A stretch of DNA of 64,000 bases from Spirochaetia bacterium (GTDB taxonomy: Bacteria > Spirochaetota > Spirochaetia > UBA9216): NCBI GenBank assembly GCA_965140585.1, contig OZ223264.1, forward strand, positions 672,001 through 736,000, read 5' to 3'. A program made the translations under genes and the position numbers. Numbering within the stretch: position 1 is the stretch's first letter; every line of letters begins with the position of its first letter. A model generated the notes under the pieces. That model was given only the letters and a program-made list of their open reading frames with translations, made no database searches and was not told the origin of the DNA. This document shows positions 1 through 10,539 of this stretch, piece by piece.

Positions 1-1
1 C

Positions 2-2863
2 GTGAAAGGCGATAAGACTGTCGAATCTTACATGATCAAAAGACTGATCATGGATCTCGGCAATGGATTCAAGGTTGAGAACCGGAACTCCCATCTTTTT
101 GAAGTGGTCAGCTATCCCATGATTCACAAGCAGGTCGTTATGGTAGGGCCGGCCTGCAAGAACAACCGCAAAATCATCCTTGCCTTCAAGGCTTTTAATT
201 ACCTCACGGCCCTTTCTCTGCATCCTGTCGGAGTAATCTTTCTGAATTGAATGCGCCTCTTCAAGTGCGCTCTTTGTAGTATTAAAATCGATTCCGAAGG
301 TTATCTTCATGTACTCGCAGATCTGTTTATCCATAAGTTTCCGGGTATCGAAGTGAAAGATGGGATTGTCATACTTGATACCGCTCTTTTCTTCAGGAGT
401 ATCGCTCTCGTCAACAACCATCGAATAACCCTGTACAACAAGACAGTTGCAGCTGTCCTCGGCTTTTTCATTTTCCTTCGGAATTCTGGTCAGTACCGGG
501 TTAAAAATCCGGTCAACCTTCCTGCTGATTAGATCCTGAACATGTCCGTGTACCAGCTTTGCTGGAAAACAGACTGTATCAGAAGGTATGGACTGAAGAC
601 CGCTTTCAAAGAGCTTATACGAACTCGGAGCGGAAACTACAACCTTAAATCCGAGAGAGGTATAGAGGCTTTTCCAGAACGGAAGAGAGTTCCAGAACTC
701 GAGGGTTCTCGGAATCCCTATGGTGATTCCCTGGGTTACCGCCTTCTGCTCAGGAGCATAATCCATTACCAGAAGCTTGTTCTGAAGTTTGATCAGATCA
801 GGCACTGCATTAAGTCTGCCGTTGACCTCTTTCAGCCTGTCTTTAACAGACTGTTCCCTGACATCACCGAATACCTCTCCTTTTTCACAGCGGTTTCCGG
901 TTACATGTCTGCTTCCGTTGTTAAACTCGATTATCGTCCGGTTACAGTTATTTGAACAGAAGCTGCAGACCTGACCGGCCTTCTTTGTAAAACTGAAGGC
1001 GTCAATATTCTCAAGGCCAATGAATGTGCTCTGGTACTTCCTGCCGGTCTTTTCTTCCTGACGGGTTATATACTTTTTTGTAAGCAGGGCAATGCCGATA
1101 GCTCCCATCTCTCCCGGATGCGGCGGCCTTATAACCTGCTTGCCTGTGTACTGCTCAAGGCTTCTAAGAACTGCATCGTTTTTAAAGGTTCCTCCCTGAA
1201 CAACAATACACTCGCCGAGAGATTCAAGGTTTGACATTCTGATAACCTTGGTAAATACGTTCTCAATGATTGAACGGGAAATTCCTGCAAGGATGTCGCC
1301 GGTGCTCTTACCGTTTTTCTGTTCGGTAATAATTGAACTGTTCATAAAAACGGTACACCTTGAGCCGAGCTTTGACGGCCTTCCGGCCTGGAAGGCGATG
1401 TCAGCTATGTCCTGAACCTTTACGCCAAGGCTCTTCGCATAGGTCTCAATAAAGGAGCCGCAGCCTGCCGAACAGGCCTCGTTTAAAACTATTCCGGTAA
1501 CTACGCCGTCATTGACGTAGATAGCCTTCATGTCCTGTCCGCCGATATCGAGAATGAAGCTTACGTTGGGCGCATACTTCTTTGCCGCCTCCGCGTGTGC
1601 TACGGTTTCTACAGTGTGGTAGTCTCCCTTGAAGGCTTTGTTGAAAAGCAGCTCGCCGTAACCGGTGCTTCCCATTCCCCTGATCTCAAGCGCAACGCCC
1701 ATGCCGATGTATTTTTCATGCATCTGTGTAAGAGCTTCCTTGATAATTGTGAGGGGATCCCCCTGGTTATTGGCGTAGAAGATGTCGACAATTTCCTCAT
1801 CCTCGGTCATGAGGATGAATTTACTTGTAGTAGAACCGGCATCCATTCCAATGTATACCGGAAGTATTGTGCCGGGCTCCCATGTCTCTGGAGTAAAATC
1901 AGGAAGCCTTCGTTCCTCTCTGAACAGGTTCATCTCATCGGTGTCGTAGAAGAAAGGCAGTTCCTTGTCCTGTTCAAGTATGCTTGTTGCCTGCCTGTAA
2001 AGGATTTTCTCAAGGTTGACGCCGTTTTTATAAAGGTCTTCCTTACCGCTGAACATGGCTTCAATAGAAAGGGCTGCACCCACAGCAACAATAATTTCCG
2101 GGTTGTCGGGAATTATTATATCTGTATCGCTGAGGTTAAGACGTTCCTTGAAAACTTCAATAAGCCGCGGGTTGAATGTAAGCGGACCGCCTTCAAAGAT
2201 TACCTTCGGTCTAATCTCCATGCCCTGGGCCAGGCCGCCTATAGTCTGCTTTGCAATAGCATGAAATGAGGAAAGTGCAATATCTTCTTTTGAAACGCCC
2301 TGGTTCAAAAGCGGCTGAATATCAGTCTTTGCGAATACACCGCATCGGCCGGAAATGGAATAAACCTCGGTGCCGGCGGCAGCAAGTGCCCCGAATTGTT
2401 CGGGTGTTACATGCAGAAGCTCGGCCACCTGATCAATAAATGCACCAGTACCTCCCGCACAGCTTCCGTTCATTCTCATGTCATGAACGACAAGGCTGTC
2501 GCTTTCTTCATCATGCCTGAAAAATATAACCTTGGCATCCTGACCCCCAAGCTCAATTGCAACCCTTACATCATCATAAAAAGTTCTGATCGCTATTGAA
2601 TTAGCCACAACTTCCTGTATGAAGAATGCCTGAAGTGATTCGGCAATGCTTTGGCCGCCGCTTCCGCAGACTGCAAGACTTATATTTCTGTCTGAAAATT
2701 TTTCATGAACTTCTGTCAGTATTGAGTAGACAGTCGATGCCTGATCCGCATTATGTCTCTGATATCTTGAGAAAACTACTTCTTTGGTTTCCGGTTCCAT
2801 TACGGCAATCTTTACCGTGGTTGATCCGACGTCAATTCCCGCGAGCAGGGTTTTGTTATTCAT
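2..2863 (-). CDS. Acyl-CoA dehydratase activase-related protein (two ASKHA/BadF-BadG ATPase domains plus DUF2229-like region); 3' end runs off the window
   Basis: Read manually on the minus strand, as it is absent from the ORF track. ATG at 2863 with GGAG upstream. Motifs: MNNKTLLAGIDVGSTTVK, ELGGQDAK, MNGSCAGGTGAFIDQ, GRCGVFAKTDIQP; second domain GMDAGSTTSK, DIGGQDMK, LNEACSAGCGSFIE. Confidence 0.88.
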   Translation of the reverse strand, partial: MNNKTLLAGIDVGSTTVKIAVMEPETKEVVFSRYQRHNADQASTVYSILTEVHEKFSDRNISLAVCGSGGQSIAESLQAFFIQEVVANSIAIRTFYDDVRVAIELGGQDAKVIFFRHDEESDSLVVHDMRMNGSCAGGTGAFIDQVAELLHVTPEQFGALAAAGTEVYSISGRCGVFAKTDIQPLLNQGVSKEDIALSSFHAIAKQTIGGLAQGMEIRPKVIFEGGPLTFNPRLIEVFKERLNLSDTDIIIPDNPEIIVAVGAALSIEAMFSGKEDLYKNGVNLEKILYRQATSILEQDKELPFFYDTDEMNLFREERRLPDFTPETWEPGTILPVYIGMDAGSTTSKFILMTEDEEIVDIFYANNQGDPLTIIKEALTQMHEKYIGMGVALEIRGMGSTGYGELLFNKAFKGDYHTVETVAHAEAAKKYAPNVSFILDIGGQDMKAIYVNDGVVTGIVLNEACSAGCGSFIETYAKSLGVKVQDIADIAFQAGRPSKLGSRCTVFMNSSIITEQKNGKSTGDILAGISRSIIENVFTKVIRMSNLESLGECIVVQGGTFKNDAVLRSLEQYTGKQVIRPPHPGEMGAIGIALLTKKYITRQEEKTGRKYQSTFIGLENIDAFSFTKKAGQVCSFCSNNCNRTIIEFNNGSRHVTGNRCEKGEVFGDVREQSVKDRLKEVNGRLNAVPDLIKLQNKLLVMDYAPEQKAVTQGITIGIPRTLEFWNSLPFWKSLYTSLGFKVVVSAPSSYKLFESGLQSIPSDTVCFPAKLVHGHVQDLISRKVDRIFNPVLTRIPKENEKAEDSCNCLVVQGYSMVVDESDTPEEKSGIKYDNPIFHFDTRKLMDKQICEYMKITFGIDFNTTKSALEEAHSIQKDYSDRMQRKGREVIKSLEGKDDFAVVLAGRPYHNDLLVNHGIADHFKKMGVPVLNLESIAEIHDQSFDHVRFDSLIAFH

Positions 2864-2879
2864 ATTGACTCCAGTTTAA

Positions 2880-3515
2880 TTATGCTGTAAAGCCTTTCGT
2901 ATTGCTTTTATATAGCTTCAGACCCATCTCGTAGGCCTGATCTACCAGTTTGTTGTGGAATGATTCTATTTCGTGTTCATCCATCAACATATTGTCATCT
3001 ATAAGCGGCTTGACTATGCTGTAAAAATAGATTGGTGCTATCACCATAAATATATCGAAGATCATCTCTGTTACATCCAGTTCCAGCAGATCCGGTAAGG
3101 CTGAGTCTGTGAAAAAGGAATTGAAAATGATCATAAAATTCTTTACCAGTTCAGCTGTTACAAAGGCGGTATTGTTTTTGCCTGTAACCAGCTCCCTTGT
3201 AATTATCGTAAGAATCGAGGGTGATTCAATGAGAGAAGAGAGGAGCAGCTCCGAAAATCGTCTTATACGCTTTTTAACATCCTTCTCATCCTGTACAGAG
3301 GCAACAAAGTTGTTGCTGAACTCACCTATTCTGTGGTTTATAACTTCACGGTAGAGTCCTTCCTTGCCGCCGAAGTAGTATCCAATCAGTGAAATATTGA
3401 CATCGGCTTTTTTAGCCAGCTGTCTGACCGATGTTCCCTCATATCCGTTCTCCGAAAACAGCTCATAGGCTGTATCCAGTATTTTTTTCTTGGTTGATAA
3501 ATTAATAATACTCAT
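2880..3515 (-). CDS. TetR/AcrR family transcriptional regulator
   Basis: N-terminal HTH ILDTAYELFSENGYEGTSVRQLAKKADVNISLIGYYFGGKEGLY; ends 16 bp before the activase gene. Confidence 0.92.
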   Translation of the reverse strand: MSIINLSTKKKILDTAYELFSENGYEGTSVRQLAKKADVNISLIGYYFGGKEGLYREVINHRIGEFSNNFVASVQDEKDVKKRIRRFSELLLSSLIESPSILTIITRELVTGKNNTAFVTAELVKNFMIIFNSFFTDSALPDLLELDVTEMIFDIFMVIAPIYFYSIVKPLIDDNMLMDEHEIESFHNKLVDQAYEMGLKLYKSNTKGFTA

Positions 3516-3517
3516 AA

Positions 3518-3550
3518 TTAAACGTCCGTTTAAATCAAACGTATGTTTAA
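3518..3550. promoter_or_regulatory. Tandem palindromic operator, probable TetR autoregulatory site
   Basis: TTAAACGTCCGTTTAA (3518-3533) and TCAAACGTATGTTTAA (3535-3550), directly upstream of the tetR ATG. Confidence 0.7.
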
Positions 3551-3684
3551 ATTATCATTCTTTCATAGAGAATTCCATATGCTAAGTGATATTTATTACA
3601 AAAATTGTATGAATTTTACGTTAAAACGGATATAAGAAGTGTTGGCAGGACCGGATCGGTTTGTAAAACATTGAATTCTGCCAT

Positions 3685-3721
3685 AAAAAAGAGCTGGCTA
3701 AGAATAATTCTTAGTCAGCTC
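3685..3721 (-). terminator. Rho-independent terminator of the 1445-aa activase gene
   Basis: Hairpin GAGCTGGCTAAGAA-TAA-TTCTTAGTCAGCTC, followed on the minus strand by a T6 tract. Confidence 0.75.
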
Positions 3722-3745
3722 CCTGTATATTAAAAAGAAATAAGC

Positions 3746-6700
3746 TTATTTCTGGTTAACAAGTTCTTTTTCTTCAGAGTCGGAACCCATCATGCCTGCA
3801 AGGCCTGAGCTGTAGACAGTATCGCTGTCATCAACAAGGTCTTTGATGTCCATATCATGCTTGAATCTAAGAACGTTCAGCATGAAGATGTTAAGCTGGT
3901 TGAGAATGTTCGGTGGAAGCATGTTTCCGTCGACCTCTACCGACATTGTCGGGAAGTTTCTCTCACGTGCCCATGGAGTATAGATTCCCTGAATTACACG
4001 TCCGATAAGACATGCAAAGGGTGAAATGTTTACAACACCCGAGTAGCCTTCTTCCATGGCAGTTGCCGCGGAACCTGAAGAAACTGCAATTTCAGAGTTG
4101 AGCTCAAGGTTAACGAACTCTTCCTCTACAGTCTTCATGATTCTGTTCATGTCATGCGGAGCTGAGGGGACAAGGTTATTCACATTAAGAGCATGCTTTG
4201 CCTTGTGTTCCATCGATGCCTTCCATTTCTTTTCAATCTGGTAGTAAACCCAGGTTCTGAATTCCTTTGTGAACGGTCTGAAAAGGAAGGGCTTAAGCTT
4301 GATTCTCTTCTTGATGTCATAGTCACGGACGAAGTCGGTATAGTGAATCCATTCCGCAATACTTGATACCTTGGCAATTATTCCCTTTCGGGCAAAGTTT
4401 TCAATAAGCTCGTCAACAGCAAAGTCATCACGTCGAACAAAGATTTCACCAACTACAAGTACCTTCGGGCATTCAAGCGGATTCTTCTTAAGCGGGATAG
4501 TTGCCATTTCCTTACCCATTACTTCAAGGGCAGGGTAGAGTGATTTAAGATCCTCACCTACAGACTTAACCACCTTCTTCCATGATTTCTTGTATTCAAC
4601 CATGGCTGCTGCAGGGTCTTCGGCACAGGCTCGAAGGGTTGTCTGTACGTCCTTAAGGTAGTCTGAAGCTGTGATTGCCTTCCATGCATACTGAGAGAAG
4701 CCGGGGCCGAGCTCGTTGTATGAGTTGTCTGCACTAAGTGTAAATACAACTACGTTGTCAATCTTCAGGTCTCTGAAGAGGTTTTCATAGAAAACATAGT
4801 ACTGACCGGTTCGGCATGGGCCTGTTGTGATCGGTACGAACAGCGCGTAAATCTTGTCCTTTCTGAACTCTTTGGATGCCATGAACTTGAGTGCGCCGCC
4901 GAGAACCAGCTGGGATGGAACACATTCCTTACCCGAGCAGTAGTTTCTTGCGTATTCGAGTGTCTTGGCATCGGCAACAGGCATTGACTTGGCGTTGAAT
5001 CCCTGTGCTGTGAGCGCAGTTGCTACCAGCTCGGATGCAATCTCACCCATGTTTGAAACAATCAGTTCAACTCGGTCGCTGTTTATGACCGGGAACTTCT
5101 CGCCGCTGTGGATGTTTTCAATATAAAGGCTGTCTTCGTTTCTGAAGCGCAGTCCGTTGTCGTATCTTTCCTGCTCAACATCTTCAAACTTGCTTCTGTA
5201 TCCTTCAATAATATCAAGGAAGGCTTCAACACGGGTGTCGACACCGGCGTCTGCTGAGTGTGAATCAAGCTCAAGAACGAGGAATGGCTTTCTTCCCATG
5301 ATCCACTTAAGGTAGTGGAGCATGAAGGAGTCAGGCGCACATGAGAAGTTTGAAATCCATGCGGCATAGATGTTGTCTTCCTGCTTGATGAGTCTTGCCG
5401 ACTTCATGTCCTGCTGACCGTAGTACCAGTACATGTTGTCGTATATTTCTTCATTCTCGTACGGCAGAATGTCGAACGGAATAACTGTAAAGTTCTTTGA
5501 TGTAAACTTCTTGGGGATACCCATGTTTGCTTCACGTGTGAAGGCGTTATAAGGACGTCCGAGAAGTGCAATAACAGGCTTGTCGCTGTTTCTTGCAAAC
5601 TCAAGAGCCTCAAGGCCCAGTTCTTTAAGCTTGAGCAGGAAGGCTTCCTGTTTCTGAACAGCAACGTTGAATGCTTTTTTGATTTCACCTTCGCTGATAT
5701 CAAGCTGCTTGCCGAACTTCTGAAACAGTTCAAGAGCCTTGTCTTTTCCGAACTTGAAGGAAACAACAAGCTCAAGAATCTTGTTCTCGGCAACATCCGG
5801 GAAAGCTTTCTTGATATAGTACGGAAGACCCTGTGTAATAGGACAGAAGTTAGCATGGACATCGGTTTCATAGCTGGTCATATCCCTGAAGTGAGGCAGG
5901 AAGATGTAGTCACAGCCCTTGTTGATGATGTCCTGAACCGCTCCGTGAGCAATTTCAGCCGGAAAGCAGTAAGTACTTTCCGCTCTTGCAATACCCTCAT
6001 GTGCAATTTCATCCGAAAGCACGGTTTTAATTCCCAGTGTATGGAAGAACCATGAGTAAAGCGGGTAGAGCGAATGAACCGAGAAGGCCCTTGGAATACC
6101 CACTGTGTAATCTCTTTTCTGTACGAAGGTTTCAGGATCAGCGGCGCACTCAACAAAGTTAAGGTCTGAACGTCTCTGCACAAAGTCTACAGTCTCGGTG
6201 CTTGCTTCAATCTTCTTTCTGCTGTTTGTGTATTTTGAACAGCGTCCGCCGAACATATACTTGTGGCCGTTAACCTGAAGCACCTGGATCGGACAGTCAT
6301 TGTCACATGCCTTGCATCTGAACTGCTTTTCGTAGACAATTTCTGTCTCGAGTATTGCATCGAGATCGAATTCTGATTTTTCAAGAAGTCCCTCGGCAAG
6401 TTTCTGCTTTGCAAGAAGACCTACACCGAAACATCCCATAAGTTCAGGTGACGGGGGAACGAGAATCTCTTTTCCTACCATCATTGCGAATGCCAGCGGA
6501 ATTGCCTTGTTCTTAGCAACACCGCCCTGGAGGAAGATTTTGTTTCCTATTGTTCTGTTTCCCACTACACGGTTCAGGTAGTTGGAAACAATTGAGGTAA
6601 CAATACCCGCTGTAATATCTTCACGAAGGGCTCCCTGCTGGATAGCCTTTCTGATATCGGAATTGATAAATGCAGAACAGTGCTCGCCGAACTTCAGCGG

Positions 6701-8083
6701 TCTTTCAGCCTTTATAGCAATATCGCCGATGTCGGCAGCGCTTCTGATGTTGAGGTCTCCTGATGCTGATTCTTCAAGGAAGGAGCCTGTTCCTGCAGAA
6801 CAAGCCTCGTTCATAGCGTAATCGATAGGGACCTTATGATTGAGAAGTACGTATTTTGCATCCTGCCCGCCGATTTCGAAGATTGTATCTACATCTTCGG
6901 CAAAGAAGGTTGTTCCGTATGCATGAGCAATAATCTCGTTGTAAACACCTGATGTTTCAAGAAAAACACCGAGAATCTCTCGTGAAGAACCGGTTGTTGA
7001 TGCAAGACTGATTTTTATCTTCTCATCACCGATATCTTCCTTAATCTTTTTCTGAAGCTCGATTATACAGCCCTTGAGAGCCTTAACAGGGTCTCCATGG
7101 GTTCGTCCGTAATGCTGGGCAACAATCTGATCGGTTTCAATATCGATAAGACAGGCCTTGGTTGTTGTTGAACCGCCGTCTACACCGAGGATATATTCCT
7201 TGCCGGCTTCAACCTTTCCAACTTCAGCTTCGAAGTATGTTACCTTGTCCATAACACTTGAAAGCTTGTCATAGCGGGGGAATTTGATAACATTGTCTTT
7301 CAGCAGCTTTTCAACAGCCGGCATAGGAGAACCGTTCTCTTCTGCAAGAAGAGCTGCACCGTAGGCTTCAAAGTAGGGAGCTTCTTCGGGTACGATAAAC
7401 TCGATTCCCGGAGCCTTTTCCTTGATGAAGCTTACAATAAACTTGTTAAGTGTGATTCCGCCTGCAAGAAGAACCTTTCCGTCCTTAATCTTTGCTCTGT
7501 TGAGGAAGTCGATTACCTTGGTCGCCATTACATCGCTTAGTGAAAGAACGATGTCGTCCTTTGTTGCTTCTCTCTTGTTAAGCCTGTGTGTACAGTCACT
7601 CTTCATAAAAACTGAACATCTTGATGACAGCGAAAGAACCTTTGCATTCTCGTCGACATTCTCTACATCAGAGAGAACCATATCCATACGGCCAAGCTGC
7701 TGCTTGAAGAACTCACCGGTTCCTGAAGCACATTTACTTCCTGTGAAGTTGTTCTGAATCTTGTTATTCTCATCTATTGTATAGACAGTCAGATCTTCAC
7801 CGCCCATGCTGACCACGGCATTTACCTTGTGACCAATCTGGTTCAGAGCGCTTTCAATACATACAGTCTCAATTGTACTCTTGATATTGAAAAGGTAGCG
7901 GCCTTCAGTTCCTGTAACCAGGGCTGTTGCATCGGATGCAATGTCTCTGCCGCTGAGTGATTTAGTAAGTGTGGAGACAAAATCTCCTTCATGAGGAAGA
8001 ACACTTGTCCAGCTGATATTGCCGTCTTCAAGCATAACAATCTTCAGGCTTGAAGAGCCAATGTTAATTCCTATGTTCTGCAT
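3746..8083 (-). CDS. Acyl-CoA dehydratase activase-like protein (two ASKHA ATPase domains plus DUF2229-like and C-terminal domains), 1445 aa
   Basis: GINIGSSSLK, SMGGED, KCASGTGEF, RCSVFMKSD; GVDGGSTTTK, EIGGQDAK, MNEACSAGTGSFLEE; CxxCxxxC (CKACDNDC), CFPAEIAHG, NFSCAPDSF, GKECVP, GPCRTGQY, PFAC. Confidence 0.9.
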   Translation of the reverse strand: MQNIGINIGSSSLKIVMLEDGNISWTSVLPHEGDFVSTLTKSLSGRDIASDATALVTGTEGRYLFNIKSTIETVCIESALNQIGHKVNAVVSMGGEDLTVYTIDENNKIQNNFTGSKCASGTGEFFKQQLGRMDMVLSDVENVDENAKVLSLSSRCSVFMKSDCTHRLNKREATKDDIVLSLSDVMATKVIDFLNRAKIKDGKVLLAGGITLNKFIVSFIKEKAPGIEFIVPEEAPYFEAYGAALLAEENGSPMPAVEKLLKDNVIKFPRYDKLSSVMDKVTYFEAEVGKVEAGKEYILGVDGGSTTTKACLIDIETDQIVAQHYGRTHGDPVKALKGCIIELQKKIKEDIGDEKIKISLASTTGSSREILGVFLETSGVYNEIIAHAYGTTFFAEDVDTIFEIGGQDAKYVLLNHKVPIDYAMNEACSAGTGSFLEESASGDLNIRSAADIGDIAIKAERPLKFGEHCSAFINSDIRKAIQQGALREDITAGIVTSIVSNYLNRVVGNRTIGNKIFLQGGVAKNKAIPLAFAMMVGKEILVPPSPELMGCFGVGLLAKQKLAEGLLEKSEFDLDAILETEIVYEKQFRCKACDNDCPIQVLQVNGHKYMFGGRCSKYTNSRKKIEASTETVDFVQRRSDLNFVECAADPETFVQKRDYTVGIPRAFSVHSLYPLYSWFFHTLGIKTVLSDEIAHEGIARAESTYCFPAEIAHGAVQDIINKGCDYIFLPHFRDMTSYETDVHANFCPITQGLPYYIKKAFPDVAENKILELVVSFKFGKDKALELFQKFGKQLDISEGEIKKAFNVAVQKQEAFLLKLKELGLEALEFARNSDKPVIALLGRPYNAFTREANMGIPKKFTSKNFTVIPFDILPYENEEIYDNMYWYYGQQDMKSARLIKQEDNIYAAWISNFSCAPDSFMLHYLKWIMGRKPFLVLELDSHSADAGVDTRVEAFLDIIEGYRSKFEDVEQERYDNGLRFRNEDSLYIENIHSGEKFPVINSDRVELIVSNMGEIASELVATALTAQGFNAKSMPVADAKTLEYARNYCSGKECVPSQLVLGGALKFMASKEFRKDKIYALFVPITTGPCRTGQYYVFYENLFRDLKIDNVVVFTLSADNSYNELGPGFSQYAWKAITASDYLKDVQTTLRACAEDPAAAMVEYKKSWKKVVKSVGEDLKSLYPALEVMGKEMATIPLKKNPLECPKVLVVGEIFVRRDDFAVDELIENFARKGIIAKVSSIAEWIHYTDFVRDYDIKKRIKLKPFLFRPFTKEFRTWVYYQIEKKWKASMEHKAKHALNVNNLVPSAPHDMNRIMKTVEEEFVNLELNSEIAVSSGSAATAMEEGYSGVVNISPFACLIGRVIQGIYTPWARERNFPTMSVEVDGNMLPPNILNQLNIFMLNVLRFKHDMDIKDLVDDSDTVYSSGLAGMMGSDSEEKELVNQK

Positions 8084-8215
8084 AAAAACACCTTTATATA
8101 AATAAAATCTAATATATTTGATCTCAATGTTTTCTACTGTATATGAGTTCTAAAAAACTATCATTAATGAGAAGTTGTGTCATTATCAGTCGCCGACCGT
8201 TAGATGAGATTGAGA

Positions 8216-8854
8216 TTAATTATCTCTTATTAAAGGACTGGTATATCCGAAATTCGCAAGTTTTCGGCATATTGTATCTGCCTGAACCCTGGTTTCTGTG
8301 TTTATTATTACTCTGTACATACCGCTGCTGCTTAATTCTATTGCAGGATTAAACCCATAGCCGTAGAGCTTTTTCAGTGTATTTTCGGCGTTGTCGAGCT
8401 TTGAGAATGACGCTATCTGTACTATAAAACCGCTGTCGGCTTCGGCTTGGGACTGGGCTGCTGATATTTCTGCCTTTCCATCGTCATTTCCGCCCGGGCT
8501 GCTGATTATCTCAAGCCTGACGGTAGCAACGCCCCGTGTTGTCATATCTATAGCGTCCGCCGCGGCTTTCGACAGGTCAATTATTCTGCCCTCAACAAAT
8601 GGCCCCCGGTCGTTTATTCTCACCTCTACACTCTTGTTGTTATGGAGGTTAGTTACTTTAACTATTGTCCCGAACGGCAGGGTTTTATGCGCTGCGGTCA
8701 GCTTGTAAGTATCAAAAATCTCTCCGTTGGCTGTCTGCCGTCCCTGAAATTTGCCTCCGTACCAGGAAGCCTGCCCTGTTTCAGCAGCTGAAATCGTGCC
8801 TGTAAAAAAGAGAAATATTGTTAAAATACAGATGAAAAATGCCGGTCTGTTCAT
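8216..8854 (-). CDS. rlpA: Septal ring lytic transglycosylase RlpA with C-terminal SPOR domain
   Basis: [38 protein letters not shown]; SPOR-like VQIASFS..NAE. Confidence 0.92.
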   Translation of the reverse strand: MNRPAFFICILTIFLFFTGTISAAETGQASWYGGKFQGRQTANGEIFDTYKLTAAHKTLPFGTIVKVTNLHNNKSVEVRINDRGPFVEGRIIDLSKAAADAIDMTTRGVATVRLEIISSPGGNDDGKAEISAAQSQAEADSGFIVQIASFSKLDNAENTLKKLYGYGFNPAIELSSSGMYRVIINTETRVQADTICRKLANFGYTSPLIRDN

Positions 8855-8923
8855 GGATCAATTATCGGCAGAGGGCGGCTGTGGATTGATATTTTTGTAC
8901 CCAGCCGGTATACTTGCTCCACT

Positions 8924-10510
8924 ATGGATATTAAATCAACGCACTGGGCGGATATAACCGCCGATAAGATAATCAGAGAAAAAGGCGAAAAGGATGTCTA
9001 CGTCTGCGCCTCAGGAATCACGCCTTCCGGCACAGTTCATATCGGAAATTTCAGGGAAATCATCTCTGTAGAACTTGTTGTTCGTGCTCTCAGACAGAAG
9101 GGCTGCAATGTGAAGTTTATCTACTCATGGGATGAATATGATGTTTTCCGTAAGGTTCCGAAAAATATGCCCGAACAGGAAAAGCTTGAAGGCTTTCTGC
9201 GGCAGCCCATAACTACGGTTCCTGATGTTCTTGGAAACGAAGAGAGCTACGCCCGGGCAAATGAGAAAAGGCTTGAAGTCCTTCTCCCCCTTGTAGGCGT
9301 TTTCCCGGAGTATATATACCAGACTTCTGAATATAAATCCGGCCGTTATGCACAGGGCATGCGGACCGCTCTTGAAAAGAAAGAATCCATTCGAAAAATA
9401 CTGGACGCTCACAGAACCGAACCGCTTGCCGCCGACTGGATGCCCGTAAGTGTATTCTGTGCTGCATGCAACCGTGATACAACCAAAGTTGAATCCTGGA
9501 ACGGTGACTGGGAAATTACATATACCTGTGAATCATGCGGAAATCATGAGAGTCTCGATCTTCGTGAAACCGGATCGGTTAAGCTGCCATGGCGTATTGA
9601 CTGGCCGATGAGATGGCGTGAAGAGCAGGTTGATTTTGAACCTGCAGGAAAGGATCACCATTCAGAAGGTGGATCCTTCGATACTGCAAAACTGGTTTCT
9701 AAAGAGATTTACGGATGGGAACCGCCGGTAACCTTCCAGTATGATTTTATCAGGATAAAGGGACGCGGCGGAAAGATTTCCTCATCCTCAGGTGAGGTCG
9801 TAGGTCTTGATGATGTGCTTGAAGTCTATCAGCCCGAAGTTGCAAGATTTTTATTCGCAGGAACCAGACCTAATGCGGAATTTGCGATATCTTTTGATTT
9901 GGACGTACTAAAAATTTACGAAGACTATGACAAGTGCGAACGGACCTATTACAACAAGCCAGATACAGAGAAGGCTCTTAAAAAGTGGGAAAAACAGGCC
10001 CGTATTTATGAGCTCTCCCAGCTTGAAAACCCTGAAGCTGAAATGCCCTACCAGATACAGATTAGGCATCTCTGCAATCTGCTTCAGATTCAGTCAGGCG
10101 ATATTGACAGGCTGATTGAGTATCTTGGCGATGTAAAGCCTGAGCAGGAAGCAAGACTCAGACAGCGAGCCGAATGTGCCTGGAACTGGGTTAAGAACTT
10201 TGCGCCAGAGGATTTTCAGTTTGCCCTGAAAGATGATAACGCGGAAGCTGAAAAAGTCAGTCCTGCTGAAGCTGCTGCACTTTCCATGCTTTGCGATGAA
10301 GTCGCAGCAAAGATGGACAAACTGGATGAGAAAGAGTTCAGTGTCAGTATCTATGACGCAGCTCAGAAGAATGGACTTGAGTCCGGTGATTTTTTTCCGG
10401 TTGTGTACCGAGCCCTTATCGGCAAGGAAAAGGGGCCAAGACTTGCCAGTTTTCTATATGCAATAGGCAGCGAAAAAGTCTGTAAATTACTTGGAAAGTA
10501 CAGAGGATAA
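8924..10510 (+). CDS. lysS: Lysine--tRNA ligase, class I
   Basis: HWAD, SGITPSGTVHIGNFRE, KLPWRIDWPMRW, FEPAGKDH, KISSSSG, GKEKGPRL. Upstream promoter TTGATA-17-TATACT (8886-8914). Confidence 0.96.
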   Translation: MDIKSTHWADITADKIIREKGEKDVYVCASGITPSGTVHIGNFREIISVELVVRALRQKGCNVKFIYSWDEYDVFRKVPKNMPEQEKLEGFLRQPITTVPDVLGNEESYARANEKRLEVLLPLVGVFPEYIYQTSEYKSGRYAQGMRTALEKKESIRKILDAHRTEPLAADWMPVSVFCAACNRDTTKVESWNGDWEITYTCESCGNHESLDLRETGSVKLPWRIDWPMRWREEQVDFEPAGKDHHSEGGSFDTAKLVSKEIYGWEPPVTFQYDFIRIKGRGGKISSSSGEVVGLDDVLEVYQPEVARFLFAGTRPNAEFAISFDLDVLKIYEDYDKCERTYYNKPDTEKALKKWEKQARIYELSQLENPEAEMPYQIQIRHLCNLLQIQSGDIDRLIEYLGDVKPEQEARLRQRAECAWNWVKNFAPEDFQFALKDDNAEAEKVSPAEAAALSMLCDEVAAKMDKLDEKEFSVSIYDAAQKNGLESGDFFPVVYRALIGKEKGPRLASFLYAIGSEKVCKLLGKYRG

Positions 10511-10539
10511 ACATTTCTCTGTTTTCATAAGGAGCCTTC

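Noticed and set aside
2-2868. Series of plus-strand ORFs (82-224 aa) in the ORF track
   Set aside because: They are antisense shadows of the minus-strand activase gene, which the track missed because it has no stop inside the window.
3584-3601. Rex-like site AAGTGATATTTATTACAA upstream of tetR
   Set aside because: Only about 9 of 14 positions match in very AT-rich DNA, which is not distinguishable from chance.
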